Assembly (NCBI RefSeq): GCF_006345805.1
Contig: NC_043021.1
Span: 15,996,001-16,060,000 of the forward strand
Source: Octopus sinensis
Lineage: Eukaryota
Length of the DNA: 64,000 nucleotides
Direction of reading: 5' to 3'
A model generated the notes under the pieces. It was not told where the DNA came from. It did not search any database and saw only the letters and a list, made by a program, of their open reading frames with translations. The position numbers and the translations under genes were made by a program. Below, piece after piece: positions 1 through 11,722 of this stretch (positions within the stretch are counted from its first letter, which is position 1; the number at the start of each line of letters is the position of its first letter).

Positions 1-84
1 ATACTAGTTATAATTATACACCGTCTCGTTTAATTATTACTCCTCGTGTAATTGGGAGTACAATGCAGCAATAACAATGAATAA

Positions 85-757
85 TAGTTGTTTCTAATTT
101 AGGCACAAGGCCAGCGATTTTGAGGGGAGCCATGTGGGGTGGGGGCTAGCTGATGCCATTGAAACTGGTACTTAACGGATACTTTATTTTATTGGTTCTT
201 GGGTGACAAAAGGCAAAGTTGACCTTGCTGGGATTTGAGCTTCTTAAACGTAAAATGGTGGAATAAATACTTGAAGGTATTTTTATCTAATGATTCTGCT
301 CGTTCAGTACCCTTAATAATGATGATTTCTGCTAAAGGCACAAGGCCTGAAATTTGGGGAGAGGGGACTAATCGATTACAGTGACCCCAGTGTTTCACTG
401 GTACTTAATTTATCAACCTCAGAAGGATGAAATGCAAAGTCAACCTCGGCAGAATTTGAACTTGGATTGTCAAGACGGACGATATGCCGCTAAGCATTTT
501 GCCAGTGTGCTAACAGTTCTGCCAGCTTGCTTCCTTAATAATAATTTCAAATTTTGCCACAAGGGCAGCTATTTTGTAGGAGGGGATGTGTCGATTACAC
601 TGACTCCAGTGTTTAACTGGCATTTAATTTATCGACCCCGAAAGGATGAAAGGCAAAGTTGACCTCAGCAGAATTTGAACTCAGACCAGAAAAACAGACG
701 AAATGCTACTAAGCATTTTACCTGCTGTGCTAATGATTCTACCAGTGCACCACCTTA
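85..757 (-). mobile_element. Three head-to-tail copies of a tRNA-derived SINE (family B, Meta-like central domain), diverged
   Basis: The reverse complement of the family B core (ctttgcctttcatcc...gtcgat..aataagtaccag) occurs three times (~85-310, ~310-540, ~540-757). It matches the fuller copies at 34817 and 56264. Confidence 0.7.
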
Positions 758-761
758 CACA

Positions 762-1009
762 ATCATCATCATCATCATCATCACCATCGTTTAACGTCTG
801 CTTTTCATGCTAGCATGGGTTGGACGATTTGACTGAGGTCTGGCGGACCAGATGGCTGCACCTGTCTCCAATCTGATCTGACAGAGTTTCTACAGCTGGA
901 TGCCCTTCCTAACGCCAACCACTCCGAGAGTGTAGTGGGTGCTTTTACGTGCTACTGGCACGAGGGCCAGTCAGTCAGTACTGGCAATGGCTACGCTCAA
1001 ATGGTGCTT
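762..1009 (-). mobile_element. RTE-clade LINE 3' tail remnant
   Basis: (TCA)n followed by cgtttaacgtc...catgctagcatgggttggacg...ggatgcccttcctaacgccaaccactcc. This is the reverse complement of the tail that follows the RT C-terminus at 6641-7612. Confidence 0.75.
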
Positions 1010-1018
1010 ATATATATC

Positions 1019-1478
1019 ATCATCATCATCGTTTAACGTCCGTTCTCCATGCTAGCATGGGTTGGACGGTTTGACCGGGGATCTGGGAAGCCAGAAGGCT
1101 GCACCAGGCTCCAGTCTTATCTGGCAATGTTTCTACAGCTGGATGCCCTTCCTAACGCCAACCACTCCGTGAGTGTAGTGGGTGCTTTTACGTGCCACCT
1201 GCACAGGTGCCAGGCGAGGCTGGCAACGGCCACGGTCGGATTGGTGTATTGGTGTATTGGGTTGGCAATGTTTCTACAGCTGGATGCCCTTCCTAACGCC
1301 AACCACTCCGTGAGTGTGGTGGGTGCTTTTACGTGCCACCTGCACAGGTGCCAGGCGAGGCTGGCAACGGCCACGGTCGGATTGGTGTATTTTATGTGCC
1401 ACCGGCACGGAAGCCAGTTGAGGCGGCGCTGGCATTGGCCACGAGTCGGATAGTGCTTTTTACGTACCACCAGACCCG
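1019..1478 (-). mobile_element. RTE-clade LINE 3'UTR/tail, young subfamily, with internal 141-bp duplication
   Basis: Near-identical (inverted) to 58877-59203. The segment starting at 1123 is repeated at 1264. Confidence 0.8.
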
Positions 1479-3179
1479 GGATATATATATCAATAACATA
1501 CATACAACTAAACGTATAGATACATAATGAAATACTTATAGTGAATTTGAATTAAAGACGATTGCGGCAAATTGTTTAATGTTTTATACGTTTGACCAAT
1601 TTATTTCATTCTTCTGGGATCACATCAGAGTAATTGTCAAGTATTGAGGAATCAATCAAATTGACTTCACCTTTCACTCAAAGTTTTGCCTTTCTTGGAA
1701 ATCACTACTACCACTACTCCCACCACCACCGCTGTTTTAAATATTTCAGTGTATATGACACAGACATATTGTTATATCTCGCTCTGCTACTTTTAAACAC
1801 TCACACTCACTCACAAACATGAATATACTCGCATGCATAAATGCTTGTGCACACATGCATATGCACACTTACATATGCATGCACTATTTACACATAAACA
1901 CACATCCATATGCATGCACAACACTTACACATACACAATTAAATGCAGATTTATACACACACACACACACACACACACACATATCACTATTATCACTCTT
2001 TATTATATTATTTTCCCAGTTAGCCAACTCCCTGACCTGGTTTCAATTCCTGAATCTTGCTATTTTACTTCAATTATGTTGATTGTTGATTCCATTAAGA
2101 AATAAGAAAGAAAAATCACACGGCTAGTCAGGAAATAAAAACCCCAAACAAAACAAAAATATCTTGGGTTTTTTTTGTTTTGATTCTCACCTAGAGATTA
2201 AACTATGTCTTTTGATTCTCCAAATGTTATTCAAACACACACACACACACACACACATGCCAGTGTTTCTTTTTGTTATTATATATCCACCCCTTTCTAT
2301 GCCTGACCTCTATTATGATGCATCTTGTCGTCGTCCCCACACACACTTTACCTTGGCTCCCCTATCTACCCACCTCGCCATCCTCAATTCTCTACCTCTA
2401 CCTGCTATTCCCTCTCTATGTATCTCTTATACTTCAGGGGTATACCTTGCTATCTTATTGCCATCATCCTTTCCCCACTTTCATACTGGGGTACCCATGT
2501 TTCACCTCTACAACAAGACACCTGTACCTGTCTTTCTTTACATCGTTAGCCTCTTTACACCTGCACAATGTCACTTCGCTCAAAACTGCATCTGCATTCT
2601 GCAAAGGGGTCTCGTCTTGCATGTTACTTGGTGACCCCACTAGTGCTAGTGCCACAAGAAAAGCACCCAGTGCTTCCTGTAAAGTGGTTGGCATTAGGAA
2701 GGGCTTCCAGGTGCAGAAACCTTGCCAAAGCTGACAATGGCAACCAGCACAGCCGTCGGGCACTGTTGAACCATCCAAACTATGCCAGCAAGGGACATGG
2801 ACATCAACTGATAACAATGGTAATATAACTGATCTACAGTAGTAGTTAGTTTTCATACTAAGGTTTATCAAGGGATATATACCCAAAAGGTTTAGTCATC
2901 ACTGTGGTTATAAATTAAATTGATGACTAAAATCTGGGAGTGTTTCAAATTGTAAACTTTTGTATATATGTACACATTTATTCCATCAATATTGTATATT
3001 TTCTGTTCTTGCTTCTAACAGGATATGAAATTCAAATAATTCCAAACACACACACTCATTCAAATATTTATATATGAGGTGATAGTGGGCCGAGATATGT
3101 GGTGCATTGCTATACTCAAGAAGAACCATGCACCACAGCAGAACAGATCCTAAAACCAAGGTGTCGCATAAAAAGCACA

Positions 3180-3345
3180 GGTGATGATGCCACATGAAAA
3201 AAAGCACCCAGTACACTCTGTAAAGTGGTTGGCATTAGGAAGGGCTTCCAGATTATGGAACCCGGTGTGGTCCCTGGCCTTGCCAGTTCCTGTCAAGCTG
3301 TCCAACCCATGCCAGCATGGAAAACAAACGCTACATGTTGATGAT
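3180..3345 (+). mobile_element. Older RTE-type 3' tail
   Basis: aaaagcaccc...gtggttggcattaggaagggc...tccaacccatgccagcatggaaa...gatgat. Similar copies lie at ~2640-2820, ~4290-4465, ~9750-9970, ~15290-15530 and ~18975-19105. Confidence 0.6.
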
Positions 3346-3789
3346 ATGTTTCTGTGTTGGCATGTATGTGTTTGCACATATACACACCTGTTGATTAACC
3401 TAATATCAACCTTCATCTGTCATATCTTTGATCAAGATGTCCCAGTTATGAACGTTTTGTCTTTTATTCAAGCATAGTAATATGTCTACAATGATACTAT
3501 CCAAACTCCCGTCTATCTTAAAGACACTAGGATGTAATCCAAGGAAAATTTGGCTCACGCAGTTGTGTTGGAGCTCCTCCCTTCTTGGTTTAACCCTTTT
3601 CTGTGGGAATCAGCTATATCCACTCATATTTTTGTTATCCTTAACTGCAGAAAGCAATTTTTCTTATACAAGTCTATCTTTTGTTGAGGAATATCATAGT
3701 TGAAACTATCCTCTGTTGAGATGCATCAAGTTAATTGCGGTTATGTAACTTGCAGAAAATGCCAATTCTATTTTTTAGTAGATATTTAA

Positions 3790-3996
3790 CCCTTTAGCAT
3801 TCAAACCGGCCAAAATAGTCTACCTGTTTTATCTTCAAATCAGTCAGATCTGGCCTCTCACACCTATCCTACAATGTCCTTTTAAAAATAAACAGTCACA
3901 TCATCGAAATCTCGAAACTATATGATAGTGCATGATGAATTCAAAATAATGTAAATCAATAAGCATTATACTTAGATTAATCTGAATGCTAAAGGG
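3790..3996. mobile_element. piggyBac-type MITE
   Basis: TTAA|CCCTTTAGCATTCA ... TGAATGCTAAAGGG|TTAA: terminal inverted repeats with CCC/GGG ends and a TTAA target duplication. Confidence 0.8.
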
Positions 3997-4980
3997 TTAA
4001 TATTATTGAAATAAGCACGGAATTTAAATTTGCAATTAAAGGTTAATATACCTAGAGTGATGGGTTCTGCTCTTGTTATTAATTCACAATTTGCAAGGTC
4101 GGCTTTGCCTTTCATCCTTTTAGGGTCAATAAAATAAGTACCAACTGAGTACTGGGGTCGATGTGACCAACTTGCCTCTGCCCCCAAATTTCAGGCCTTG
4201 TGCCTTTAGTTGAAAGGATTATTATTAAGAAAGGTATATTTATATATATGTTTGTGCCTATATATATGTGTGTGTGTGTATACATATATATATTTATTTG
4301 TCCACTCTGCAGTGTGGTTGGTGTTAGGAAGGGCATCCAGCTGCAAAAGTTCTGTCAAAACAGTTACAGAAGTCTGGTGCAAGCTTCCTCCTGGCCAGCT
4401 CCTATCAAACTGTCCTACCCATGCCAGTATGGAAAGTGGATGTTAAGCGATGATGATGATGAAAGAGCCTAATGTTCAGTTCAGGGTGTTGTATATAAAT
4501 GGATTTGTTCGTAGTCTTACAACATGGCTACTGTTGTTTCAGTAAAGCAAATATTCTCTAAGCTCATCTGAAATATGTCTTAGGGAAGACATAAGATAAA
4601 TGCTTAGGGAATACTTTATGTTGAAAATGCTGTGGTTATGTTGTACAAATATGAATGATTTTGTTTTTTATCTAGAGTCAGAGGGTACCACCTTAGCTGT
4701 GAAAATACTCCTGTGTATACGTGTATATATTTTATATGTGTGTGTCTTTGTACTTGTCTGACAACCAGTGTTGGTTTGTTTACCTCCCCATAACTTAACA
4801 CTTCAGTAAAAGAGACCAATAAAGTAAGTGCCAGACCTCAAAAATGAACTCTAAGGTTGATTTGTTTAACTGTACCCTTCAACATGGTGCCCCAGCATGG
4901 CTGCAGTCCAATGACTGAAACAATAGATAAAAAGATGTAAAGCAAAATTTAGTAACCATAGCAACAATTTTTTGTTGTAA

Positions 4981-5365
4981 TCTATATATATATAAAGCTG
5001 AAGTCTGTGTGTGTGTGGCAGGTTTGGTAGCCTTCAACTAACGCTGTCTCCTCCAAGACACTGCGGCGCAAGTTGACCAAAATTGAGAGTATGATAGAAG
5101 AAGGCTTGCTCTTCATTCTGTGCTAGAAAAAATTCAAATCGGACCATGTTAAGACCAAAGATTATTTACATCAAAAAGGTGCTTTTTTTTCTATGAAAAT
5201 CCCTATTTTTAATGATTTTTTTTGACTGCTGTGTCACCATTTTATGGTGTATTTCAACCAGAAAAATGTCCACTTAAAGAGAATAACAAGCTACATAATG
5301 CAAAAGTCTGCCGTTTTAAGCACAACTAAAAAACAAACCCGAGCAACGCCGGGCTATACTGCTAG
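4981..5365 (+). mobile_element. Non-autonomous Helitron
   Basis: A|TC 5' end, subterminal GC-rich hairpin (cccgagcaacgccggg) and CTAG|T 3' end. Homologous copies lie at 30442 and 57186. Confidence 0.8.
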
Positions 5366-5819
5366 TCTATAATAATATTTATCTGTCTGTCTCTAAAGTG
5401 TGAATTATTAAGATTGGTGTTGATTTGAAGTTTTTGAGTGAAAAAGAAATAAATAAATAAAAACTATGAATAAAATCAACAGAAAAGAGATATTGCATGA
5501 ATAAACCTGACATGCATTATTTACAAGTGATTTTTTGTTGTTGGGTCAAGTTTTTTAAAAGCAGTGCAGTTACTTTACACCGTGGTGGTGGTGGCAGGGA
5601 TTAGAACAATCGCTAGGTGTTAAGTTTAAAGAAATAAAGAAAAAAATTATAAAAATGCGTTTTCTGTAGGCACAGATGTGGCTGTGTGGTAAGCAAGTCA
5701 CTTCTCAACCACATGGTTCTGGCTTCAGTCCCACTGTGTGGCATCTTGGGCAAATGTCCTCTATTATAGCTTCGGGATTTGGTAGACAGAAATTGAAAGA
5801 AACCCATCATATATATATA

Positions 5820-5861
<42 letters not shown>

Positions 5862-6358
5862 CGTTGCTATTATGTTAAACTGTTGTATGTCCAAATGCAT
5901 TTTTTTCAATATTTACTTTTGCTTGTAATAGCTGGTTCTTTTGGTCAAACTATTGTATCTTCAGATGCCAAGATATCAGAAATTGTCAAAATGTAGTACA
6001 ACAGTTTTGCTATGGAATGGTGAAACTATTTTTTGTTCTCTGAAAAAGCAATGTTTGGGACTTACGACACTTTTGCATAATAGCAACAGGATATCTCTTT
6101 CTCTCTCTCTGAAACAGAGGCGACTGAAGAAGGGGAATTTTCCTTGTGTTGTATGTCCTGTACTCTATTTTTTCGTTGTTTAAGAAAAATATCCATTTCC
6201 TTGGTTTTGTGTTTATGTTTTCGTTTCTCATTGTGTTTGACGTATTATTGGTATCCTGTACCCATATATGCATGTATATATACATGTAGATGTAGGTACG
6301 TACATATATGTATGTATATATGCATATTTATTAATTTGTTATTATATATATATATATG

Positions 6359-6612
6359 GCGCCTGTGCAGGTGGCACAAAAAAACACCATTTGAACATGG
6401 CCGTTGCCAGTACCGCCTGACTGGCCCTCATGCTAGTGACACGTAAAAGCACCTACTACATTCTCGGAGTGGTTGGCATTAGGAAGGGCATCCATCTGTA
6501 GAAACTCTGCCAGATCAGATTGGAGCCTGGTGCAGCCATCTTGTTCGCCAGTCCTCAGTCAAATCGTCCAACCCATGCTAGCATGGAAAGCAGATGTTAA
6601 ACGATGATGATG
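6359..6612 (+). mobile_element. RTE-clade 3'UTR/tail, 5'-truncated
   Basis: ggtggcac..aaaa.cacc units, the ggcattaggaagggcatcc motif and a (TGA)n end, flanked by (TA)n. Confidence 0.75.
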
Positions 6613-6640
6613 ATATATATATATAATATATATATATATA

Positions 6641-7612
6641 TATTGTGCAAGAGAGACGATTGCGCTGGTATGGTCATGTGGCGAGAATGGATGAAGATAG
6701 GTGTGTGAAAAAGTGCCACACCCTGGCAGTTGAGGGGACCTGTGGAAGAGGTAGACCCAGGAAAACCTGGGTCGAGGTGGTGAAGCACGACCTTCGAACT
6801 CTAGGTCTCTCCAAGGAAATGACCAGAGACCGAGACCTGTGGAAGTATGCTGTGCGTGAGAAGACCCGGCAAGACCAGTAAGAACAATCAAAATCAAATC
6901 ATATATCCGTGTCCGCTGCCAGCCTCGTCTGGCACCGGTGTCGGTGATACGTAAAAGCACCATTCGCTCGTGGCCGTTTGCCAGCTCTGTCTGGCCCCCG
7001 TGTCGGTGGCACGTAAAAGCACCATCCTCTTGTGTTAGTTGCCAGCCTCGGCTGGCCCCCATGCCGGTGACACGTAAAAGCATCGTCCATTCGTGGCCGT
7101 TTGCCAGCTCTGTCTGGCCCTGTGTTGGTGGCACGTAAAAGCACCATCCTCTCGTGTTCGTTGCCAGCCTCGGCTGGCCCCCGTGCCGGTGACACGTAAA
7201 TGCACCGTCCGTTCGTGGCTGTTTGCCAGCTCTGTCTGGCCCCGTGTCGGTGGCACGTAAAAGCACCATCCGTTCGTCTCCGTTGCCAGCCTTGGCTGGC
7301 CCCGTGCGGTGACACGTAAAAAAGCACCGTCCGTTCGTGGCCGTTTGCCAGCTCTATCTGGCCCCGTGTCGGTGGCACGTAAAAGCACCATCCGCTCGCG
7401 TTCGTTGCCAGCCTCGGCTGGCCCCCGTGCCGGTGACACGTAAAAGCACCTACTACATTCTCGGAGTGGTTGGCATTAGGAAGGGCATCCATCTGTAGAA
7501 ACTCTGCCAGATCAGATTGGAGCCTGGTGCAGCCATCTTGTTCGCCAGTCCTCAGTCAAATCGTCCAACCCATGCTAGCATGGAAAGCAGATGTTAAACG
7601 ATGATGATGATA
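6641..7612 (+). mobile_element. 5'-truncated RTE-clade (BovB-like) LINE: ORF C-terminus, repeat-array 3'UTR and tail
   Basis: 6645-6881 translates to QERRLRWYGHVARMDEDRCVKK...GRGRPRKTW..VVKHDL...DRDLWK, the typical RTE C-terminal signature (RLRWYGHV.R, GRPRKTW, DR..W). Confidence 0.9.
6918..7450 (+). repeat. Alternating A/B ~61-bp tandem array (9 units) in the RTE 3'UTR
   Basis: Units start with gccagc at 6918, 6980, 7041, 7103, 7163, 7225, 7285, 7347 and 7407. Confidence 0.9.
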
Positions 7613-7640
7613 TATATATATATAATATATATATATATAT

Positions 7641-8670
7641 ATTGTGCAAGAGAGACGATTGCGCTGGTATGGTCATGTGGCGAGAATGGATGAAGATAGG
7701 TGTGTGAAAAAGTGCCACACCCTGGCAGTTGAGGGGACTGTGGAAGAGGTAGACCCAGGAAAACCTGGGTCGAGGTGGTGAAGCACGACCTTCGAACTCT
7801 AGGTCTCTCCAAGGAAATGACCAGAGACCGAGACCTGTGGAAGTATGCTGTGCGTGAGAAGACCCGGCAAGACCAGTAAGAACAATCAAAATCAAATCAT
7901 ATATCCGTGGTCCGCTGCCAGCCTCGTCTGGCACCGGTGTCGGTGATACGTAAAAGCACCATTCGCTCGTGGCCGTTTGCCAGCTCTGTCTGGCCCCGTG
8001 TCGGTGGCACGTAAAAGCACCATCCTCTTGTGTTAGTTGCCAGCCTCGGCTGGCCCCCATGCCGGTGACACGTAAAAGCATCGTCCATTCGTGGCCGTTT
8101 GCCAGCTCTGTCTGGCCCTGTGTTGGTGGCACGTAAAAGCACCATCCTCTTGTGTTAGTTGCCAGCCTCGGCTGGCCCCCGTGCCGGTGACACGTAAATG
8201 CACCGTCCGTTCGTGGCTGTTTGCCAGCTCTGTCTGGCCCCGTGTCGGTGGCACGTAAAAGCACCATCCGTTCGTCTCCGTTGCCAGCCTTGGCTGGCCC
8301 CCGTGCCGGTGACACGTAAAAGCACCGTCCGTTCGTGGCCGTTTGCCAGCTCTATCTGGCCCCGTGTCGGTGGCACGTAAAAGCACCATCCGCTCGCGTT
8401 CGTTGCCAGCCTCGGCTGGCCCCCGTGCCGGTGACACGTAAAAGCACCGTCCGTTCGTGGCCATTGTGCCAGCTCTGTCTGGCACCTGTGCAGGTGGCCC
8501 GTAAAAAACACCCACCACACTTGCGGAGTGGTTGACGTTAAGAAGGGCATCCAGCTGTAGAAACACTGCCAAATCTGACTGGGCCTGATGAAGCCTTCTG
8601 GCTTCACAGACCCCAGTTAAACCGTCCAACCCATGCTAGCATGGAAAACGGACGCTAAATGATGATGATG
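7641..8670 (+). mobile_element. Second tandem copy of the truncated RTE element (frameshifted), with a 10-unit array and a different tail
   Basis: Same 5' breakpoint (tatat|tgtgcaagag) as 6641 and a 1-nt deletion near 7738. The tail at 8520-8670 differs from the tail at 7460-7612. Confidence 0.85.
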
Positions 8671-8880
8671 ATATATATATATGTTTATTTGTGTTTTGAA
8701 TGGAAAGAGGTTGCTCTTTCACAGGGAGGCAATTTATCCACGCGTACACCTGTTTAACTCCATATCGCTTAATATACTTAGAATTCATTTGTGTTAGTTT
8801 TAGTGTTAACACTTACGAAGTTCCAGTTGTCATTAGAGATGTTTTTATCCATTCGATATAGAACAGAATTTTAATAATAT

Positions 8881-9183
8881 AATAAGAGGAAAATGGGGAG
8901 TTTGGACACAGAAAAAAAATCAATTTATTTATATAATAGTCAATTTCATATTGCCTATATATGTTTCAATCTCTTACCTTCATTCATATTTTGCAATTAA
9001 GATTGCATTATGCATGTAAAAGGTAAGAGATTTTTTTACCTTTGAAAGGCATAATACAATCTTAATTTCAAAATATGAATGAAGGTAAGAGATTGAAATA
9101 TAATAGGCAATATGAAATTGATTATTATATATAAATAAATTGATTTTTTTTTCTGTGTCCAAACTCCCCATTTTCCTTATTTT
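8881..9183. repeat. Long inverted repeat (~133-bp arms, 35-bp spacer) of a microsatellite-flanked dispersed element
   Basis: 8881-9013 is the reverse complement of 9049-9183. A third, direct copy starts at ~12157. Confidence 0.85.
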
Positions 9184-10436
9184 ATACACACACACACCTG
9201 CATATATTGTTTGTATATTTGTATGCCACCACTGCTTGACAACTGGTGTCTCAGTCCGCATAACATAGCATTTTAACAAAAAAGACAGATAGAATAAGTA
9301 CAAGGTGTAAAAAAAAAAAAAAAGTCCTGGGGTTGATTTGTTTGACTAAAATACCCTTCATGGCAGTGCCCCAGCATGGCCATAGTCAAATGACTGAAAC
9401 AAGTGAAAAAATAAAATAAAAGTTAAGATACATGCCTTGTTTCTACAAGTTTTAATTTTGCCATCTTCCTTGCTCCTGCTATCTTTATAACCCTCATCAT
9501 CATTTAGTGTCCCTTTTTCCTTGCTTTCCAAACAAAGTCGCAAAGTAATATCTCTCCAATGCCAGACATTTTTTTCATGGAAGACTGGAATTGAACAACC
9601 TTGCTTGTATGATGGTGATTCTCGTTTATGACCATCACCTAATGTCAAAGTAAGGATGTACAAAAGCGTACAAGCACACGCGATAGGTAGACAAACTGAA
9701 AGAAACCTGTCCTTTGTGTGTGTGTGTTGTGTGTGTGTGTGTCTTTACATGACTGGCACCTATACTGGTGGCACATAAAACCACCCTTGTCGGTGGCGCG
9801 TAAAAAGCACCCATTACACTCCTGGAGTGGTTGGCGTCAGGAAGGGCATCTAGCCGTAGAAACCATGTCAAATCAGACTGGAACCTGATGCAGCTATCCG
9901 GCTTACCAGTTCCAGTTGAACCATCTAACCCATGCCAACATGGAAAGCAGACGTTAAATGATGATGACGATATATATGTATTGGTATATATAGCAAAAAC
10001 AGTTAGGTTTCTTTAACATTTTACATAGTTCAACATACACAAGTGAATGGGTGAAAAACAAAATAGGAATTGTGGAAGTTTCTCTAAAGCTAGTTTTTAA
10101 ACATCAAATGTCTCAGGTGGTCCACCAGAATAAAATAGTAATCAAAGGGGTCCCTAGATCCAAAATGGTTGTGTACCCCCTGGTCTAGATTTAAGGTAGT
10201 CAAATTGTATTTACCCTTTTGACACTAATACATCTGAGACAGCTGCTGGCTCTATGGTACAAACTTCTTGTTCTAAAGTGATGTAAATTAAAACCTATCA
10301 AATTTCATGTTAATTGATATTCCAAACGACTCATTTAATAATGACAGTTATCTTTATTTAAATTTTCACTGTCTGCAAAATAACTGAAATTGTCAGAGTA
10401 TTTCAGCAGAAATATAGCAGTGAAAGGTTTAAGCTT

Positions 10437-11722
10437 ATTTTAGTGCCACTGGTTCCCTAGTTACTTAGTTTAGTATTTATGTGATAAGCCCTAGTTATTT
10501 AGGGCCCCTAGTTACTTAGTTTAGTATTTGTGATAAGCCCTGGTTATTTAGTGCCCCTAGTTACTTAGTTTAGTATTTATGTGATAAGCCCTAGTTATTT
10601 AGGGCCCCTAGTTACTTAGTTTAGTATTTGTGATAAGCCCTGGTTATTTAGTGCCCCTAGTTACTTAGTTCAGTATTTATGTGATAAGCCCTAGTTATTT
10701 AGTGCCCCTAGTTACTTAGTTTAGTATTTATGTGATAAGCCCTAGTTATTTAGTGCCCCTAGTTACTTAGTTCAGTATTTATGTGATAAGCCCTAGTTAT
10801 TTAGTGCCCCTAGTTACTTAGTTCAGTATTTATGTGATAAGCCCTAGTTATTTAGTGCCCCTAGTCACTTAGTTTAGTATTTGTGATAAGCCCTAGTTAT
10901 TTAGTGCTACTGATTCCCTATTTAGTGCCACTGGTTCCTTAGTTACTTAGTTTAGTATTTGTGGTAAGCCCTGGTTATTTAGTGCCCCTAGTTACTTAGT
11001 TTAGTATTTATGTGATAAGCCCTAGTTATTTAGGGCCCCTAGTTACTTAGTTTAGTATTTGTGATAAGCCCTGGTTATTTAGTGCCCCTAGTTACTTAGT
11101 TCAGCATTTATGTGATAAGCCCTAGTTATTTAGTGCCCCTAGTTACTTAGTTTAGTATTTGTGATAAGCCCTAGTTATTTAGTGCCCCTAGTTACTTAGT
11201 TTAGTATTTGTGATAAGCCCTAGTTATTTAGTGCTACTGATTCCCTATTTAGTGCCACTGGTTCCCTAGTTACTTAGTTTAGTATTTATGTGATAAGCCC
11301 TAGTTATTTAGTGCTACTGATTCCCTATTTAGTGCCACTGGTTCCCTAGTTACTTAGTTTAGTATTTGTGATAAGCCCTGGTTATTTAGTGCCCCTAGTT
11401 ACTTAGTTCAGTATTTATGTGATAAGCCCTAGTATTTGTGCCCCCCTAGTCACTTAGTTTAGTATTTATGTGATAAGCCCTAGTTATTAGTGCCCCTAGT
11501 TACTTAGTTTGTATGTGATAAGCCCTAGTTATTTAGTGCCCCTAGTTACTTAGTTTAGTATTTGTGATAAGCCCTAGTTATTTAGTGCTACTGATTCCCT
11601 ATTTAGTGCCACTGGTTCCCTAGTTACTTAGTTTAGTATTTATGTGATAAGCCCTAGTTATTTAGTGCCCCTGGTTCTCTAATTATTTAGTGCCTTTGGT
11701 TCCTTAGTTACTTAGTTTAGTG
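10437..11722. repeat. Satellite array, 49-51-bp monomer (~25 units) with longer variant units
   Basis: Monomer ccctagttatttagtgc-ccctagttacttagttt-agtatttatgtgataag is repeated throughout. Confidence 0.95.

Noticed and set aside
6918-8510. CRISPR-like array, or HDV-like/twister ribozyme in the repeat unit
   Set aside because: There are no unique spacers and no cas genes. Manual fitting to the HDV (P3-UCC..G loop-P1-GG-P4-C) and twister (L4 UCCCAAGC/GAGGG) consensuses failed.
8585-8607. CTGATGA followed by an AGCC/GGCT stem (hammerhead-like)
   Set aside because: There is no GAAA or cleavage triplet. Homologous tails read ctggtgcagcc, so CTGATGA is a chance mutation.
6559-8629. Long minus-strand ORFs (134-246 aa)
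   Set aside because: They are antisense read-through of the GC-rich RTE 3'UTR repeat array. The peptides are periodic and have no domain signature.
10437-11722. Telomere-like or CRISPR interpretation of the satellite
   Set aside because: There is no TTAGGG run (only TAGGG fragments on the minus strand) and no spacers.
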